Source of the DNA: an uncultured Candidatus Saccharibacteria bacterium
GTDB lineage: Bacteria > Patescibacteriota > Minisyncoccia > Phycocordibacterales > PALSA-1337
Direction of reading: 5' to 3'
NCBI GenBank assembly: GCA_964459225.1
Contig: CAYWKB010000001.1
Coordinates: 426,163-490,162, forward strand
Length of the DNA stretch: 64,000 nt
In this document: positions 10,001 to 19,778 of the stretch, one piece after another
Layout: each line of letters begins with the position of its first letter
Position numbering within the stretch: the stretch's first letter is position 1
The notes under the pieces: generated by a model
Databases searched by the model: none
Seen by the model: only the letters and a program-made list of their open reading frames with translations
Told to the model about the DNA's origin: nothing
Position numbers and translations under genes: made by a program

Positions 10001-10819
10001 ATGAATAATGAACTCAATAAAACAAAAAAGATTTTAATGATGGAGGATGAATTAATCCTAGGTGAAATCATAATTAAAAAGTTAATGAGTGAAGGTTACA
10101 ATGCAACTCTAGCAACTGATGGGGAGACAGGAATACAAAAAGCTCATGAAATAATGCCAGACTTGATATTATTAGATCTAGTAATGCCAAAGAAAAATGG
10201 TGAAGAAGTCCTAGCTGAATTAAAGGCAGATCCAATACTTAAAAATATACCAATAATAGTTATTTCAAATTCTGGTCAACAAAGTGAAATAGAAAAAGTC
10301 GTAATGCTGGGTGTTAAGGATTATATTATTAAGGCACAATTTAGTCCTGATGAAGTTATGCAAAAGGTTAGAAAGTATTTAAACCTTGAATACACTGAAA
10401 AGGCTCCAGGAGTAATAAAGGAAGATATAGTTTCAAAAAATATTAAAATTCTTTTAGCAGAAGATGATAAATTCTTATCATCTCTCGTTGCTCAAAGACT
10501 TACAAAGGAAGGATTTAGAATATTAAGTGCCACAGACGGCAATCAAGTACTAAAGATTTTTAATGAAAATAAACCAGATTTAGTATTACTTGATATTATA
10601 ATGCCAGAAATGAATGGTATTGAAGTATTAAAAAAAATACGCTCAAATAAGGACAATAATGATGTAATTATAATAATATTTTCTAATCTCGGACAAGAAC
10701 ATGAAGTCGAAGAAGCTAAAAATGCTGGAGCAGACGATTTTCTTGTTAAAGTTAATTTCACATTAAAAGAAGTGGTGGATAAGATAAATGATTTATTAAA
10801 ACAAAAAGGCAAGTTGTAA
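10001..10819 (+). CDS. Response regulator with two tandem receiver domains
   Basis: PDLILLDLVMP and PDLVLLDIIMP; no output domain. Confidence 0.88.
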   Translation: MNNELNKTKKILMMEDELILGEIIIKKLMSEGYNATLATDGETGIQKAHEIMPDLILLDLVMPKKNGEEVLAELKADPILKNIPIIVISNSGQQSEIEKVVMLGVKDYIIKAQFSPDEVMQKVRKYLNLEYTEKAPGVIKEDIVSKNIKILLAEDDKFLSSLVAQRLTKEGFRILSATDGNQVLKIFNENKPDLVLLDIIMPEMNGIEVLKKIRSNKDNNDVIIIIFSNLGQEHEVEEAKNAGADDFLVKVNFTLKEVVDKINDLLKQKGKL

Positions 10820-10847
10820 AATATGGTTTTTTTGTTAATATCAACAT

Positions 10848-12986
10848 ATGAATGAAAAGTTTTTAAAGCCTTATGATGCCAAGGCAACAGAATCTAAAAT
10901 ATACCAAAAATGGGAAGAGGGTGGATATTTTAATCCAGATAATTTTGCAGGTATAGATGCAACTCCTTTTACTATTATAATGCCGCCAACAAATGCAAAT
11001 GGATCTTTGCATGCAGGTCACGGTCTAGTTATGACAATTGAGGATATTATGATCCGTTATAAGAGATTGAGAGGCTATAAAACTCTATGGTTACCAGGGC
11101 TTGATCATGCAGGCTTTGAAACACAAGTTGTATATGAAAAAAAGTTAGAAAAAGAAGGTAAAAGTCGTTTTGATTTTGAAGCAAAACAATTGTATCAAGA
11201 TATAATGGCATTTACCCTTGAAAATTCTCAAAATATAAAGTCACAAATAAGAAGCATGGGAGCTTCATGTGATTGGTCAAGAACTAAATTTACATTAGAC
11301 GAAGATGTCATTAAAACTGTATATAGTACATTCAAAAAGCTTTCAGATGATGGACTATTGTACAGAGGGAATAGAATAGTCAGTTGGTGTACAAAACATC
11401 AAACCTCTTTTTCTGATTTGGAAATAAAAGATGAAGAAAAAGTAGAGCCATTTTATTATTTAAAATACGGACCATTTACAATTGCAACATCAAGACCAGA
11501 GACTAAATTTGGAGATAAATATGTTGTTATGCATCCAGATGATAAGAGGTATGTAGATTATAAGCATGGAGATACATTTGAAGCTGAATGGATAAATGGA
11601 AAAATAAAAGCAACGATAATAAAGGATGATTCTATAGATATGGAATTCGGTACTGGCGTTATGACAATCACTCCATGGCATGATGCGGTGGATTTTAATA
11701 TTGCAGAAAAATATAATTTAGATAAAGAGCAAGTTATAGATGATAGAGGCAAACTTTTACCTATCGCCGGTGAATTTGCTGGTATGAGCATATCAAAGGC
11801 ACGCCCACTAATTATTGATAAATTAAAATCAAAAAATTTAGTTGAAAAAATTGATGAAAACTATAAGCATAATGTAAAAACTTGTTATAAGTGTGGAACT
11901 ATAATTGAACCACAAATCAAGTCACAATGGTTTGTTAAAATGAAGCCACTAGCCGAAAAGGCACTCGAAAAGATTAAATCTGGTGAAATAAAATACATTC
12001 CAGATCAATACGAAAAGATCACAACACATTGGCTTAATAATATTAATGATTGGAATATTTCGAGACAAATAGTATGGGGAATTTCAATTCCAGCTAAACT
12101 CTGCGATAAGTGCAATCACGGTATTGTCGATTTGGAAAATAAGATAAATAAATGTGATAAATGTGGTGGTGAAATGCGAAAAGATAATGATACATTTGAT
12201 ACATGGTTTTCTTCTGGACAATGGCCATATGCATCTCTTGGATATCCAGATAGTAAAGATTTTAAAAATTTTTACCCTACTGACGTTATGGAAACTGCTG
12301 GAGAAATAATATTTTTCTGGGTAAGTAGAATGATTATGCTTGGATTGTATGTAACTGGTGAAATTCCATTTAAAACAGTATATTTGCACGGTCTTGTACT
12401 AGATGCAAAGGGAAGAAAAATGAGTAAGAGTAAAGGTAATGTTATAAATCCTCTTGAATTAACTGATAAATACGGTACAGATGCATTCCGTATGGGTCTT
12501 GTAGTGGGAAATACTCCAGGTACATCTCTTTCATTATCAGAAGACAAGATCAGAGCCTACAAAAACTTTGCAAATAAACTTTGGAATATCACAAGATTTG
12601 TCCTAACTTCAGTTGAAGGTGAAAGATTGGATAAAGATTTCAAGTCTTGGTCAGAGAGTGATTCAAAAATAATTTCTGAATTTGACTCAGTGGTCAAAGA
12701 TATTACATCTGATATGGAAAATTATAGATTTTATATGTCAGCTGAAAAGATTTATCATTATGCATGGCATACATTTGCAGATATTATCCTTGAAGATAGT
12801 AAAAAAGTATTAAAAGAGGGAAGTGAAGAAGAAAAGAAATCTAGAAAGCAATTATTGCTAAAAGTTTTGAGTGAAATATTGATAGTGTTACATCCTTTTA
12901 CACCTTTTGTCACAGAAGAGATTTGGAGTGATATGCCAATTGATGATAAAAAGTTGCTTATAGTAGAAGCTTGGCCTGTAAAGTAG
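10848..12986 (+). CDS. valS: Valine-tRNA ligase (short form)
   Basis: HAGH, LWLPGLDHAG, WNISRQIVWG, DTWFSS, KMSKS; no C-terminal coiled coil. Confidence 0.95.
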   Translation: MNEKFLKPYDAKATESKIYQKWEEGGYFNPDNFAGIDATPFTIIMPPTNANGSLHAGHGLVMTIEDIMIRYKRLRGYKTLWLPGLDHAGFETQVVYEKKLEKEGKSRFDFEAKQLYQDIMAFTLENSQNIKSQIRSMGASCDWSRTKFTLDEDVIKTVYSTFKKLSDDGLLYRGNRIVSWCTKHQTSFSDLEIKDEEKVEPFYYLKYGPFTIATSRPETKFGDKYVVMHPDDKRYVDYKHGDTFEAEWINGKIKATIIKDDSIDMEFGTGVMTITPWHDAVDFNIAEKYNLDKEQVIDDRGKLLPIAGEFAGMSISKARPLIIDKLKSKNLVEKIDENYKHNVKTCYKCGTIIEPQIKSQWFVKMKPLAEKALEKIKSGEIKYIPDQYEKITTHWLNNINDWNISRQIVWGISIPAKLCDKCNHGIVDLENKINKCDKCGGEMRKDNDTFDTWFSSGQWPYASLGYPDSKDFKNFYPTDVMETAGEIIFFWVSRMIMLGLYVTGEIPFKTVYLHGLVLDAKGRKMSKSKGNVINPLELTDKYGTDAFRMGLVVGNTPGTSLSLSEDKIRAYKNFANKLWNITRFVLTSVEGERLDKDFKSWSESDSKIISEFDSVVKDITSDMENYRFYMSAEKIYHYAWHTFADIILEDSKKVLKEGSEEEKKSRKQLLLKVLSEILIVLHPFTPFVTEEIWSDMPIDDKKLLIVEAWPVK

Positions 12987-13009
12987 GGTTATAGAAAATA
13001 TAAAAAGAG

Positions 13010-13047
13010 ATACCCCGACCGCACGTTCTCGTGCTGTCGGGGATCCT
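13010..13047 (-). terminator. Long interrupted hairpin between convergent valS and small ORF
   Basis: CCCCGAC-C-GCACG-TTCT-CGTGC-T-GTCGGGG next to an A tract. Confidence 0.7.
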
Positions 13048-13057
13048 GTAAATTATG

Positions 13058-13243
13058 CTAAATCCGATCTCCGACCGGTAAGCATTGCTGGCCAAGAGTG
13101 ATTTTCTCGACTGTCCTGCTCCAGATAGTATCTGGGTCCTGGCGACGAGTACTCACCTCTCTTGTTGTCCCTTTGTGCATCCCATCCGCAGCCCTGTGCA
13201 TTTGCTGAAACAGTTCCTTTGGAAACTTGTTTTTGTTTCTCAT
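13058..13243 (-). CDS. 61-aa hypothetical protein in its own transcription unit
   Basis: Consensus TTGACA-17-TATACT upstream, terminator downstream. Confidence 0.55.
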   Translation of the reverse strand: MRNKNKFPKELFQQMHRAADGMHKGTTREVSTRRQDPDTIWSRTVEKITLGQQCLPVGDRI

Positions 13244-13280
13244 ATAATAATGGGTTAGGGGGTTGAACTGACTGAACTAC

Positions 13281-13309
13281 AGTATATATGAAGAAATAAG
13301 TTATGTCAA
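13281..13309 (-). promoter_or_regulatory. sigma70 promoter
   Basis: TTGACA-taacttatttcttcata-TATACT on the minus strand. Confidence 0.75.
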
Positions 13310-13320
13310 ATAGCCTAAAA

Positions 13321-13776
13321 CTACTTAACAATCTCCTCTACAACCGCCTTTACATCTGCTCCGTCTGCCTTTCCTTTTAATTCCTTCATCAACATTCCTA
13401 TAAATTGTCCGAGCTTTGCTTTGTCTGGCATTCCTCCTGAACTGATTTTTTCATTAACAATTTTTGTTATTTCATCTTTACTCATCATTTGGGGTAAAAA
13501 TGCTTCTAAAATCACAAGTTCTGCTTTCTCTTTTTCAACCAAATCCATACGATTTCCTTTTTGAAATTGATCTATTGAGTCTTTGTGTTGTTTTACACTT
13601 TTTCTAATTATCGCCAATGCACTATCATCATCAATAAATGGATTTGGATTACCTTTTGCTATTAATTCATTTGAAAATGATGCAGTTAAACCACGCAATG
13701 TCTCTAACTTCAATGCATCCTTAGCACGCATTGCATCTACTATTTGTTTTTTTATATCTTCATGTATTTTATTCAT
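13321..13776 (-). CDS. GatB/YqeY domain protein
   Basis: AMRAKD...LR, DSIDQF.KG.R.DL, GKADG. Confidence 0.9.
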   Translation of the reverse strand: MNKIHEDIKKQIVDAMRAKDALKLETLRGLTASFSNELIAKGNPNPFIDDDSALAIIRKSVKQHKDSIDQFQKGNRMDLVEKEKAELVILEAFLPQMMSKDEITKIVNEKISSGGMPDKAKLGQFIGMLMKELKGKADGADVKAVVEEIVK

Positions 13777-13797
13777 ATTATTGATATAATAGCATAT

Positions 13798-14853
13798 ATG
13801 AACTCAATTATCATTGCCCTTGTTGTTTTACTCGTGATTGCTATCGTTTTTATTTTTTATATTTTAAATAAATCAGGTAAAAAAGAAGATAAAAATGAAG
13901 ATATAGGACTAAAACTTATTTTAGAACAAATAAATGAGTTAAACAGGACAGTTGATAAAAAGATAAGTGAAAACGGCAGAAATCTTCGTGAATCAATGCA
14001 ATTTCAACTTTCTGAATCCGCAAAGATGATAAAGGATGTTACCGAGGGACTTACAAAGCTTGATGAGACAAACAAGCAAGTGATTTCATTTGCTGATCAA
14101 CTGCAATCCCTGCAAGATATTTTGAAAAATCCAAAACATAGAGGAATACTTGGTGAATATTATTTAGAGACACTTTTGAAAAATGTATTAGCTCCATCAC
14201 AATATAAAATGCAATATGCATTTGAAAATGGGGAAATTGTAGATGCTGTCGTTTTTGTAAAAGATAAAATCATACCAATTGATTCAAAGTTTTCACTAGA
14301 AAATTACAATAGATTAGCAAGCGAAACAGATGCGGTAGAAAAAGAAAAATTAGAAAAGGTTTTCGTAAATGATTTGAAATTAAGAATACAAGAAACATCA
14401 AAATACATAAGACCAAGTGAATGGACTATGGAATTTGCTTTTATGTTCATTCCTCACGAAGCAATTTATTATGATTTGCTTGTTAATAAAATTGGTGCAG
14501 TTACTGAGGAAACAGACAATCTCATTCAGCGTGCTGCAAATAAATATAAAGTTATAATTGTTTCTCCTACATCTTTCCTTGCTTATTTACAAACAGTTTT
14601 GCAGGGATTAAAGGCATTACAAATAGAAGAAACAGCAAAAGATATAATTAAAAGAGTAGATGAGCTTGGAAGTCATATAAAAAAGTATGAAGAATATCAT
14701 GCAAAGCTTGGTGTATCACTTGGTACTGTTGTAAATCATTATAATAATTCAAATAAAGAATTAAGAAAGGTAGATAAGGACGTTTTACGTATTACTGGCA
14801 CAAATGTTGGTATAGAAGCGCAGGTTATTGACCATCCAGAAGAGATAGTGTAA
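13798..14853 (+). CDS. rmuC: DNA recombination protein RmuC
   Basis: N-terminal TM, RG.LGE, PIDSKF, FA.MFIP.E, VSPT. Confidence 0.9.
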   Translation: MNSIIIALVVLLVIAIVFIFYILNKSGKKEDKNEDIGLKLILEQINELNRTVDKKISENGRNLRESMQFQLSESAKMIKDVTEGLTKLDETNKQVISFADQLQSLQDILKNPKHRGILGEYYLETLLKNVLAPSQYKMQYAFENGEIVDAVVFVKDKIIPIDSKFSLENYNRLASETDAVEKEKLEKVFVNDLKLRIQETSKYIRPSEWTMEFAFMFIPHEAIYYDLLVNKIGAVTEETDNLIQRAANKYKVIIVSPTSFLAYLQTVLQGLKALQIEETAKDIIKRVDELGSHIKKYEEYHAKLGVSLGTVVNHYNNSNKELRKVDKDVLRITGTNVGIEAQVIDHPEEIV

Positions 14854-14865
14854 TATACATCTACT

Positions 14866-15183
14866 ATGGAATTTGCAGTAATACAAACAGGCGGAAAGCA
14901 ATATAAGGTAAAAGTCGGGGATGAAATCAAGATTGAAAAGATCCTAGGCGATTACAAGGAAGGCGATAAAATCGTTTTCGATAAAGTTTTATTAGTGGAT
15001 AATGAAAAGGATACAACTATCGGCACACCATTTATCGAAAAGGCAAATGTTACTGCTAAAATCACTAAAGTGGGAAGATTGGCAAAGGTAAACGTTATAC
15101 AATACAAGCAAAAGAGTAAATATTTCAAGAAAAACGGTCATAAGCAACCATATTTCCAGGTAAAGATTGAGGAAATAAAATAA
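14866..15183 (+). CDS. rplU: 50S ribosomal protein L21
   Basis: FAVIQTGGKQYKV, GHKQ. Confidence 0.96.
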   Translation: MEFAVIQTGGKQYKVKVGDEIKIEKILGDYKEGDKIVFDKVLLVDNEKDTTIGTPFIEKANVTAKITKVGRLAKVNVIQYKQKSKYFKKNGHKQPYFQVKIEEIK

Positions 15184-15185
15184 TT

Positions 15186-15211
15186 AAAAAAGCCCCGAAA
15201 GGGGATTTTTT
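15186..15211 (+). terminator. Terminator after rplU
   Basis: CCCC-GAAA-GGGG followed by T tract. Confidence 0.7.
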
Positions 15212-15229
15212 ATGATAGCATATATAAAT

Positions 15230-15706
15230 ATGAAGTACTGGCTCATAAAATCAGAAGGTAGTTGTTATTCTATAGATGATTTAAAGAAAGATAGGAAAAC
15301 TCCTTGGACTGGTATTCGTAATTTCCAGGCTCGTAATTATATGAAAGATGGTATGAGTGTAGGTGACCTTGTTCTCTTTTACCATTCTATGTCTGACCCT
15401 ACTGGTGTATATGGTATTGCTCGTGTTGCAAGTCTTCCTCATATAGATGAAAGTGCATTAGACAAGAAAGACGAACATTATGATCCTAAGGCGGTGAAAT
15501 ATGAAAAAGAGGGAAAGGAGCCACTATGGGTTTGTGTCGATATGGAATTTGTAAAGAAATTTTCTTGCCCAATTTCACTCGAAGAAATTAAGGAAGATAA
15601 AGAGCTTATTGGTATTTCAGTATCAAAGCGCGGGACTAGACTTTCAGTTATGCCAGTAGAAGAAAAACATTTTAAGAGAATTGAGGAGATGGCAAATGCT
15701 AATTAA
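15230..15706 (+). CDS. EVE domain protein
   Basis: YWLIKSE, W.GIRNFQARN, GD..LFYHS, RLSVMPV. Confidence 0.92.
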   Translation: MKYWLIKSEGSCYSIDDLKKDRKTPWTGIRNFQARNYMKDGMSVGDLVLFYHSMSDPTGVYGIARVASLPHIDESALDKKDEHYDPKAVKYEKEGKEPLWVCVDMEFVKKFSCPISLEEIKEDKELIGISVSKRGTRLSVMPVEEKHFKRIEEMANAN

Positions 15707-15721
15707 GATTTAATTATTTTA

Positions 15722-15964
15722 ATGTATTACATTTATATTCTCAAATGCTCCGATGGCACTCTATACACAGGCTCAACAAATGATTTAGAAAAGAGATTGC
15801 ATACTCATAATACTGGAAAGGCTGGCGCAAAATATACTAGAGGTAGGCGACCTTTGGAGATGATATATTCTGAGAAGTTTAGGACAAAAAGTAAGGCATT
15901 AAAGAGAGAATGGGAGATAAAGAGGATGAAAAGGGACGAGAAACTTGTATTGATAGTTAAATAA
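15722..15964 (+). CDS. GIY-YIG nuclease family protein (UPF0213-like)
   Basis: YIYILKC.DGTLYTG.T.DLE.R, GAKYTRGRRP. Confidence 0.92.
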   Translation: MYYIYILKCSDGTLYTGSTNDLEKRLHTHNTGKAGAKYTRGRRPLEMIYSEKFRTKSKALKREWEIKRMKRDEKLVLIVK

Positions 15965-15971
15965 ATATATT

Positions 15972-17219
15972 TTAAATATTATCCCCCGCAACAAAACCTG
16001 TAGTCCAACATAATTGAAGACTATATCCTCCAGATGGTCTATCAATATTTAAAACATCACCTACTAAATATAGATTTTCTATAATCTTTGATTTCATTGT
16101 TTTAAAATCTACTTCCTCAAGATCAACACCACCGGATGAGACTATTGCTTTATCACTACCCAATAATCCACCAACCTGCATATCTAATCCTTTTATTATT
16201 TCAATCAATTTCATTCTCTCTTCTCTTGTTACACTATTATTATTTTTATCTGGGTCTATGGAAGATTTTCCTAATACTATATCTACAAGTGAGCTAGGTA
16301 TTATCGAACCTAAAGAATTTTTAGTTTTTTTCTTATCATCTATTTTAAATAATTCCTGCAATTTACTATTTAACATTCCATGATCTAGAGAGGGAAGTAA
16401 ATCAATTTTGATTATAACCTCACCATATTTCAAAAGCTCACCGATTTCTTTACTCATATTTAATATTGTAGGGCCACTAATGCCAAAATGTGTGAAAAGT
16501 AATTTACCTTTATTACTTTCTTGTTTTGTATTGTTTTGAAATGTTGTAATTTTGATATCTTGAAGTGTTACACCGCTTAAATCCTTTACCCACTTATCCT
16601 TTATTGCTATTGGAACTAATGCATCATTACTATCTATTACATTATGTCCTAATTCTTTTAACCATTTAAATCCATCTCCAGTTGAACCAGTTTCTGGCCT
16701 TGATGTTCCACCTGTTGCAAGTATTATTTTATTTGCATAAATAAGTTCACCATTTTTCAATTTAATAGCATTTATCTTTTTTTCTTTAAAATCAAAACCT
16801 ACAACGTTTGCATTGTATTTTATTTCTACATTATTTTCCTTAATATATTCGTATAACACATTCCAAACAGATTGTGAGCTGTCACTTTTAGGGAAAACTC
16901 TGTTCTCAGCTTCCACTTTTGTTTCCATTCCTCTTTTATTAAAAAATTCTATAGTATCTTTTACTGACCATTGTGAAAAAGCTGAAAAAAGAAATTTATC
17001 ACTATCTTTGTATTTTGAAAGAAATTGTCTAATATCAAATTGTGCATTTGTAACATTACATCTTCCTCCACCAGTTATCAAAAGTTTAACACCGAGGGAG
17101 TCATTTTTTTCAAGTAAAATTACCTTAGCGCCTTTCTCAGCTGCACGACCTGCCGACATAAGCCCAGCAGGGCCTCCGCCTATAACAGCTACATCGTAAA
17201 TTGTCTTATTATTTTCCAT
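15972..17219 (-). CDS. HI0933/BaiN-family flavoprotein
   Basis: GGGPAG, KLLITGGGRCNVTN, LLFTHFGISGP, SGGYSLQ. Confidence 0.92.
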   Translation of the reverse strand: MENNKTIYDVAVIGGGPAGLMSAGRAAEKGAKVILLEKNDSLGVKLLITGGGRCNVTNAQFDIRQFLSKYKDSDKFLFSAFSQWSVKDTIEFFNKRGMETKVEAENRVFPKSDSSQSVWNVLYEYIKENNVEIKYNANVVGFDFKEKKINAIKLKNGELIYANKIILATGGTSRPETGSTGDGFKWLKELGHNVIDSNDALVPIAIKDKWVKDLSGVTLQDIKITTFQNNTKQESNKGKLLFTHFGISGPTILNMSKEIGELLKYGEVIIKIDLLPSLDHGMLNSKLQELFKIDDKKKTKNSLGSIIPSSLVDIVLGKSSIDPDKNNNSVTREERMKLIEIIKGLDMQVGGLLGSDKAIVSSGGVDLEEVDFKTMKSKIIENLYLVGDVLNIDRPSGGYSLQLCWTTGFVAGDNI

Positions 17220-17942
17220 TTAAATATGTGCAAGATTAATAGCAAAATATATAAAGATTATACCCAAAATAGTTACAACAGTAGTCCAAATTGTTGGATG
17301 ATTATGATGACTTTCTGGTAATAGATCACTAGCACCAATATACAAAAAGAATCCAGCAAAAATAGCGAGCAATAATCCAAGATAATATTCATTTAATGAA
17401 AAAAATGAAGTCGAAATTATACCAATTACTGGAGCTACAGCATCCATACTCAACCATTTCATTGCGGTTTTTTTATTTCCTCCATTTTTTAAAATCATAT
17501 TTACTGTATTAATACCATCCGAAAAGTCATGAGCCAAAACAGCAAGTGTCACTATTATTCCAACCGCATTTGATACTTGAAATGAAAGACCAATAGCAAT
17601 ACCATCTAAAAAACTGTGAATCGATAAACTTCCAGCACCAAGTTTGCCTCTATTATGATTGTGCTCTGTTGTATCATCATGACTATGAGAATGTAAGACA
17701 ATAAATCTGTCTATAATCATATAAATAATAAAGCCCAATGCGACTGTAAATAGTATTGTTGATACATCATATTTAGCTGAGCCTAATTCAATTGCTTCTG
17801 GAATTAAATCAAAAAATGCCACACCAATGACTGCTCCAGCACTGAATCCTAATATTAAATGCAACTTATCTTTAAATTTCAATGCAAAAAGACCACCAAG
17901 TATGGTAAATAAAAAGGCTAATATACTAATTGTTATTAACAT
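17220..17942 (-). CDS. ZIP family metal transporter
   Basis: [16 protein letters not shown], His-rich loop, LLPESH. Confidence 0.9.
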   Translation of the reverse strand: MLITISILAFLFTILGGLFALKFKDKLHLILGFSAGAVIGVAFFDLIPEAIELGSAKYDVSTILFTVALGFIIYMIIDRFIVLHSHSHDDTTEHNHNRGKLGAGSLSIHSFLDGIAIGLSFQVSNAVGIIVTLAVLAHDFSDGINTVNMILKNGGNKKTAMKWLSMDAVAPVIGIISTSFFSLNEYYLGLLLAIFAGFFLYIGASDLLPESHHNHPTIWTTVVTILGIIFIYFAINLAHI

Positions 17943-17969
17943 TGTTTAAATATAGCATATAATGTATGT

Positions 17970-18509
17970 ATGAATAAAGAAATTGCAGTCTTTGGTGGTG
18001 GATGCTTTTGGTGTACAGAAGCAGTCTTTAAAATGTTAAATGGCGTCAATATTGTGCTTCCAGGATATAGTGGTGGCAATATTGCCAATCCTACATATGA
18101 ACAAGTATGTTCCGGTAATACAGGACATGCAGAAGTTATATATATTGAATTTGATCCATTAAAAATAAAATACAAAACTCTTTTGACGGTCTTTTTTGCT
18201 TCCCATGATTCAACAACATTAAATAGACAAGGTAATGATGTGGGTACTCAGTATAGATCCATTATATTTTATACAAATGAAAATCAAAAAAATGAAGCGC
18301 AAAATATTATAAATGAAATAAATAATTCAAATAAAGATGGTGATCCCGTTGTGACAGAATTAAAACCATTTGATAAGTTTTATGAAGCAGAAGATTATCA
18401 TAAAAACTATTTTGAAAGAAATAAAAACGCTCCATATTGTCAGGTAATTATTAATCCAAAATTAGAAAAGATACAAAAAGATTTTGCAGAATTATTAAAT
18501 AATAAATAA
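17970..18509 (+). CDS. msrA: Peptide-methionine (S)-S-oxide reductase
   Basis: [19 protein letters not shown]. Confidence 0.96.
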   Translation: MNKEIAVFGGGCFWCTEAVFKMLNGVNIVLPGYSGGNIANPTYEQVCSGNTGHAEVIYIEFDPLKIKYKTLLTVFFASHDSTTLNRQGNDVGTQYRSIIFYTNENQKNEAQNIINEINNSNKDGDPVVTELKPFDKFYEAEDYHKNYFERNKNAPYCQVIINPKLEKIQKDFAELLNNK

Positions 18510-18513
18510 AAAT

Positions 18514-18882
18514 ATGAATGAAGAAGAATTAAAGAAAAAGTTAACAGATGAGCAATATAAAGTTTTAAGACAAAAGGGAACAGAGGCGCCTTTTTCTGGT
18601 AAATACGTTCATGAAAATAAGGATGGTACATATAGTTGTGTGGTTTGTGGAAATAAACTATTTGAATCAACAGCCAAATTTGACTCTGGTACTGGTTGGC
18701 CGAGTTTTGATAGGGCAATTGCTGGCTCTGTAAAACTCATTGAAGATAATGCATATGGTATGAAAAGGACTGAAGTTGTTTGTGCAAAATGTGATTCACA
18801 TTTGGGGCATGTATTTGATGATGGTCCAACTGAAACAGGTAAAAGATATTGCATGAATTCGGTTTGTCTTGATTTACAATAG
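18514..18882 (+). CDS. msrB: Peptide-methionine (R)-S-oxide reductase
   Basis: [28 protein letters not shown]. Confidence 0.96.
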   Translation: MNEEELKKKLTDEQYKVLRQKGTEAPFSGKYVHENKDGTYSCVVCGNKLFESTAKFDSGTGWPSFDRAIAGSVKLIEDNAYGMKRTEVVCAKCDSHLGHVFDDGPTETGKRYCMNSVCLDLQ

Positions 18883-18904
18883 ATAAAACATATATAATCA
18901 ATAT

Positions 18905-19339
18905 ATGAAGAAAAAGGTTTATGCAATTATTTCTGTTATTATTTTGCTCGCTGTTATCTATGCGGGTTATTACTTTTTTACTAATAATAAAATAAATGTT
19001 AAACCAAATGATATGGGAAATGTTATCGCTGTAACATCACCTATTAAGGATTCCCAGATATCATCACCACTAAGGATAGTTGGTAGGGCGCGCGGGAAGT
19101 GGTTTTTTGAGGGGAGTTTCCCGGTGATTTTGAATGATTCATATGGAAATACAATTGCTTCAGGAAATGTGACAGCACAGGGAGAGTGGATGACTGAGGA
19201 TTTTGTTCCATTTATCGGAACACTACAATTTAATAATTTTATAAAAGGTTCAAAGGGTGTGTTGATTTTGAAAAAAGATAATCCAAGTAATGATAAAAAG
19301 TTTGATGAAAGTATTGAGATTCCAATTATTTTTAAATAA
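18905..19339 (+). CDS. Membrane-anchored Gmad2 Ig-like domain protein
   Basis: TM then G.ARG.WFFEGSFPV...DNPS. Confidence 0.8.
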   Translation: MKKKVYAIISVIILLAVIYAGYYFFTNNKINVKPNDMGNVIAVTSPIKDSQISSPLRIVGRARGKWFFEGSFPVILNDSYGNTIASGNVTAQGEWMTEDFVPFIGTLQFNNFIKGSKGVLILKKDNPSNDKKFDESIEIPIIFK

Positions 19340-19358
19340 TTTTATAACATATCAAAAC

Positions 19359-19367
19359 TGTGGATAA
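19359..19367 (-). promoter_or_regulatory. Consensus DnaA box
   Basis: TGTGGATAA on plus (TTATCCACA on minus), intergenic. Confidence 0.5.
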
Positions 19368-19382
19368 CTAGGATGAAAACAC

Positions 19383-19411
19383 TTGCACATTTTTTCATGC
19401 GGGTGTAATAT
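19383..19411 (+). promoter_or_regulatory. sigma70-like promoter
   Basis: TTGCAC-17-TAATAT. Confidence 0.6.
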
Positions 19412-19493
19412 TTTGACAGCAAAGTTCTTCGATGAGTTCGTGTGAACAAATCATCTTTGCTGTCGTTGGTAATGCAGTTAACAAAACACTCCA

Positions 19494-19676
19494 ATGAAGA
19501 CAAACACAGGTCAGATGGGCATCAACCATGGTGCAACCCGCTCGGCAATCAGCGCGATTCAGCATAAAACGGATCCACTGGCAACGCATTCTCAGCATGG
19601 ATCTCCCGCGAAGCAGCAAGGAGCGCTCGGACATCAGCCTACCACGATCATCAATGGCCCGGTCACAGTCACCTAA
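19494..19676 (+). CDS. 60-aa His/Gln/Gly/Thr-rich orphan peptide
   Basis: Promoter, structured leader and terminator; codon usage richer in GC than neighbours. Confidence 0.5.
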   Translation: MKTNTGQMGINHGATRSAISAIQHKTDPLATHSQHGSPAKQQGALGHQPTTIINGPVTVT

Positions 19677-19708
19677 GGGAATTTAGGCGGCACGACCAAA
19701 TCAGTATT

Positions 19709-19760
19709 GACCCCCTCCAAAACATTAGCAGACGCGAGTGTAAGGACGGGGGTCTTTTTT
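19709..19760 (+). terminator. Terminator-like stem with large loop
   Basis: GACCCCC...GGGGGTC followed by TTTTTT. Confidence 0.55.
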
Positions 19761-19778
19761 ATGCTAATATATATAAAT

